A DNA stretch of 64,000 bases. It comes from Coniocarpon cinnabarinum (lineage: Eukaryota). Every line of letters starts with the position of its first letter. The stretch's first letter is position 1. The notes under the pieces were generated by a model. The model was given only the letters and a program-made list of their open reading frames with translations, was not told where the DNA came from and made no database searches. Position numbers and translations under genes: made by a program. The stretch spans positions 1 to 64,000 of the forward strand of contig JAVECO010000030.1 of assembly GCA_051942205.1 (NCBI GenBank). The letters run 5' to 3'. Below are positions 60,392-64,000 of the stretch, piece by piece.

Positions 60392-62986
60392 CGGGAGGCG
60401 TGCATGAATGCATTAGTGGCGTCTGTCTTGATTGATGAGTGGATCAAATGATTAATTAGATATTAATGATATCGATCTTTGACACACATATGCGGAATCC
60501 TTTTGCCGGCCCTAGCTTCTGATCTCCTGCGCATGACTAAGCCCTGAAACACGACGGGAAATCAAGGAAATGACAATCACGTCTGATTTATGACGTGGTC
60601 ACTGGGTACACAATTGCGGTTGACGATGCTGTCATCCCAAGTCTGCCGAGTCCCATGGGAGGATTCAGGAGCAGATTAGGAACAGGACCGAGGGGGATCT
60701 TTCAGCCCCAAGCCCCTCATGGAGCGAGATCACCTGGGGGTTGGAGACCTGAATCGTTCGGAGACCTGTCGCGGCCAGTCAGAGCGCCGATGGGAGCTGG
60801 AATGTCCCCTCGTATCTACATAGAAGGGTTTGTACATCGCTGAGCTTGAGAACGCACTGTTGTCAGTGTTTGCAGAAGGAACCTGCACTCAAGGGGGCAG
60901 TCGAGACGAAGCGATCGGCACGTGAAAGACAGGCCAACCCGCGGGAGTGGAAACGGGCTAAGGCATAGCGTGGTACAACGTCAGGCATGACCTTCAATGA
61001 GCTTCGCAGAACCGTCCAAACGACTCACACACACCCGACTATCATCCCAGCCCGTGGCCCCCTCCTGCCCTCGACAGGCAGGTCTGATAGCGGATGTGCA
61101 TGGGCCTCGTGAGGCAGCGAAATCGGCAAGCGTGTGTGTACAAGGTACCTACTCACTTGCCGTAGGGCACCTGCTTGATGGACAAGCATGCGATTGGGAA
61201 GCTGTTCTGAATGACTAAGAAACCTTCCAACTGCTGTAGATACAAGTGCAATGTGCATCGACGCTTCGGGCACGGAGAAGAAATCCGAGTCGTCGCCTTC
61301 CGCATGGGCTGTCGACAGATGCCAGAGTTCAGCTATGAAGAGGTGGATTGTGCCCGTCACGATCTTAAGCCCAAAACGAATCTTGAATGCAGAGAGCGCA
61401 AACGCGCAATCGTCGTTCAGCATGGTGCAGTCATGCACAGGCCGGAAGCAGCGAGCAACAGCAGTAGCTGGAGATGGCGCACCCCACATCCAAGTTGGCG
61501 AGGCTAGCGATGCAGGAACCTCCCATCTGGCGCCAGCAATGTCCACCAGTGCCATGTGAAAAGGCGTCCGTTGGGGGTTGAAGAAAAGTGTATCCCACGT
61601 CTATTTTCTGCATGTGTGTAGACCTTGAAGCAGCTGTCAGAAACTTCCTCAGCGCCGTTGCAGCTGTGAGTGAGGTCCAGCTTCCAACGTGCGCTCGCTC
61701 GGCGGCCCGGATGGTTTGCGCCTTTTTTTTTTCCGACCATGCTTTCTGACCTTAATAATGACGCGTGTACACACACCGCGAGGAGACTGCAGCGAGCGGT
61801 GGTGCTCTAACCCATTCTACGGCGGGGACGTGGTGGCCTGGAGGCCGTCAGTGGCTGGGCGGGCTCGCGTAGAGGAGAGGTAAGGTTAGCCATGGCAAGA
61901 TAGCATGCAGACAGACCATAGCGTGCAGAGCAACCGATGCACGCCCTGCATGAGGGGGAACTGGTGGACGAGAGAGAGCGCGCGAGCACCTCGACAGGGT
62001 CTTGGCCGCCTATCATGTTAGAGATTGACAGCCGGCCGGAGGCGTGGGCAGCCAATGTGGCACTGTCCGTCGCTTCCCTCACACACACTGTTGGTGCCAC
62101 CCATTCCCCGACAGCGGCCCCGGCGGCTTTGATAGGTAGGCCATTCTCTGTTGTGGCATTCTCATCTCCACGCCGTTGGCCTTCTCCTCCCCATTCCTAT
62201 CACAGTCGTGCTCGTCGTTGCTTTGTCTTGCGAACCAGCCCACACTGTGTCTTGTCTCCCTAAGCTCGTCCACCAGAATCTTCAGAGCCAAGCACTCGGT
62301 CTCCAGGCTGCACCCTGCCCCCCTGAGCCAGACGGACGCAAACGTGCCAAAGCCCGCGGGTGGCCGCACCACTCACCTCCTTAATCCGTCCATCGTTCCT
62401 TCTTCCTCGCCAGTCCACGCCCTTCATCACCACCACCCTCTCCTCGGCGCCATCTCTCGCTCCAGACTTGAAGCATTGGATTGCTTGGGTTTTGCAGCTT
62501 GCTTATGTCTACCTAATACTCTTTGCCGGGCGGCCTGAAGATCAGGCGTCCTCGCGGCTCTCTGCGTGTCTCGACGCGAAACGCCCGCCGACAGCGCCAT
62601 TCCGACTCCTTACCTCCAGCTTTTTTCCACTTCGCTTGTCGATATTCTACTCAAATTCTTTTCTCAGCAACTGTCTTAGTATTACATTTCGCTTCTCGTT
62701 ACTTACACTTCGACCGACATTTCGCTTTCAAAAGCATAGTAACCAGATACTGGTATGTGCACCTTCAAGTCACACAAGGCCCCATCCTTTCCCTGCAACA
62801 CATACCGTCAATTCCCTTCACTTTCTCCGCATCTCTCGCTGCCACGAGTACCCCAACGGCTGACGAACCCACTAGCATTAGTTTATCTACTTTATACCAA
62901 CCTTACTTTACCACACTGAGCCGCCGTCGATCGTTGAAAGATACCGTCGGTAAACAGTAAAACCTGAAAGACCTCGCCAATTTCAG

Positions 62987-64000
62987 ATGGCTGAAGTGCT
63001 TCGCCCAATTGTACCCTCCAACAGCCCTTTGTCTGTCGGTCAATCAGCACAATCACCTCCTCCTGAAAAACACACGCGTAATTCGCCCAGCCCTCATAAT
63101 CACAATACCTCCAGAGTCGTGCAGATGCCCCGCAATAACAATCACCACCATCATCCACATCACGTCAATGGCGGTCCAACCTACCGGGGGGCCTCTGCCT
63201 CTCCCACTTATGCATTCAAATCGACTCCCACTCTGCAGAGTCAGCCGAAGAGTGGTGTACAGGCATCGCAACAGCAATCGACAGTGTCCTCAGCACAGCC
63301 GCTGAGCAATGACAATTCGGCAGCAAACCGAGGCCGCTATCCCTCCCCGCCATCAGTCTCGACCAGTTCTTCATCAAACACCTCTTCCAATCCTTCGTCG
63401 ACGCCGTCAGCTGCACCACCAACATTGTCTACGTGGAGCTCACTGTTCGCCAAGAATGACTCATCTTTCTCTTCTAATTTTCAGGTCGCACCTTTTACCA
63501 CCGAAAAACCAAACAAAGATGCGCTTGCTGCAGAGGCTGTGCCGGAGGCAACATCTGATGCCTTCCCTCCGCTTAACCAGGCGCAAGGTCTGAACGACCC
63601 TTCGTCCAAGACTACTCCGAACCGATATCGTAGGGCACAAAAGCGAGTTGACACTCCAACAAGTGCGCAAGACTCGCCACCACACTCTGGCCCAGCTCCC
63701 ATGGGTCAATTTTCTCATTCAACCCAGTCGAATGGTGTGACGCCCAAATTGACTACGGAAATCCCAAGTGCAGAGCTCGGTTCTCCTGACGCAAACAAGA
63801 ACGCTGAATTCGATCGGACTGACGTGGCAGAACCGCAAGCTAGCCCTGGCGTGGAGCAGGGCGGTTCAAAACCTGGTCTAGCTTCTTTGAACCGGTATCG
63901 TAGGCGAAGCAGTGTCAACACACTCGATGGCTCTGCCAAAGTGGCAGATTCGACCACAGAGAAGTCGGTCGCGCCTTCCAGCCCGAGCGCCGAACGACCT
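62987..64000 (+). CDS. Ser/Pro-rich protein, probably BNI4-like (5' part; runs off the window)
   Basis: Frame is open from ATG 62987 (MAEVLRPIVP...) to the end; motifs YRGASASPTYAFKSTPTL and TPNRYRR recall filamentous-fungal Bni4-like proteins (from memory). Confidence 0.6.
   Translation, partial: MAEVLRPIVPSNSPLSVGQSAQSPPPEKHTRNSPSPHNHNTSRVVQMPRNNNHHHHPHHVNGGPTYRGASASPTYAFKSTPTLQSQPKSGVQASQQQSTVSSAQPLSNDNSAANRGRYPSPPSVSTSSSSNTSSNPSSTPSAAPPTLSTWSSLFAKNDSSFSSNFQVAPFTTEKPNKDALAAEAVPEATSDAFPPLNQAQGLNDPSSKTTPNRYRRAQKRVDTPTSAQDSPPHSGPAPMGQFSHSTQSNGVTPKLTTEIPSAELGSPDANKNAEFDRTDVAEPQASPGVEQGGSKPGLASLNRYRRRSSVNTLDGSAKVADSTTEKSVAPSSPSAERP

Overview
Gene-dense, intron-containing genomic DNA of a filamentous ascomycete (Pezizomycotina; short GT..AG introns with CTRAY branch points). 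Conserved core genes: STT4, WW/PhoD-like protein, URA6, ham-8, nitronate monooxygenase, IRC20/SHPRH-like helicase, MSH3, intron-containing tRNA-Arg(UCU), SEC53, DUF1640, a CCX-type cation/Ca2+ exchanger, BRN1 and the 5' part of a BNI4-like gene. These are interspersed with accessory blocks: 1-7.5 kb (Pro-rich repeat protein, Mx-like dynamin, short Zn2Cys6 protein with a Cys>Arg change), 14.7-18.5 kb (secreted arylsulfotransferase, hAT-transposase-derived BED protein) and 31.5-38.5 kb (P450, UbiA-type intramembrane terpene cyclase, repeat protein, amidoligase). Most notable: (1) a head-to-head UbiA-type terpene cyclase + P450 pair, a candidate minimal terpenoid cluster; (2) an intact fatty-acid-desaturase-fold gene whose His iron ligands are substituted (candidate pseudoenzyme); (3) an upstream presequence+TM ORF that can splice in frame onto URA6, giving a candidate mitochondrial membrane-anchored UMP/CMP kinase isoform; (4) a hAT/BED-derived gene lacking a catalytic domain. 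All exon models were derived by eye, and family assignments come from motif recognition, not database searches.
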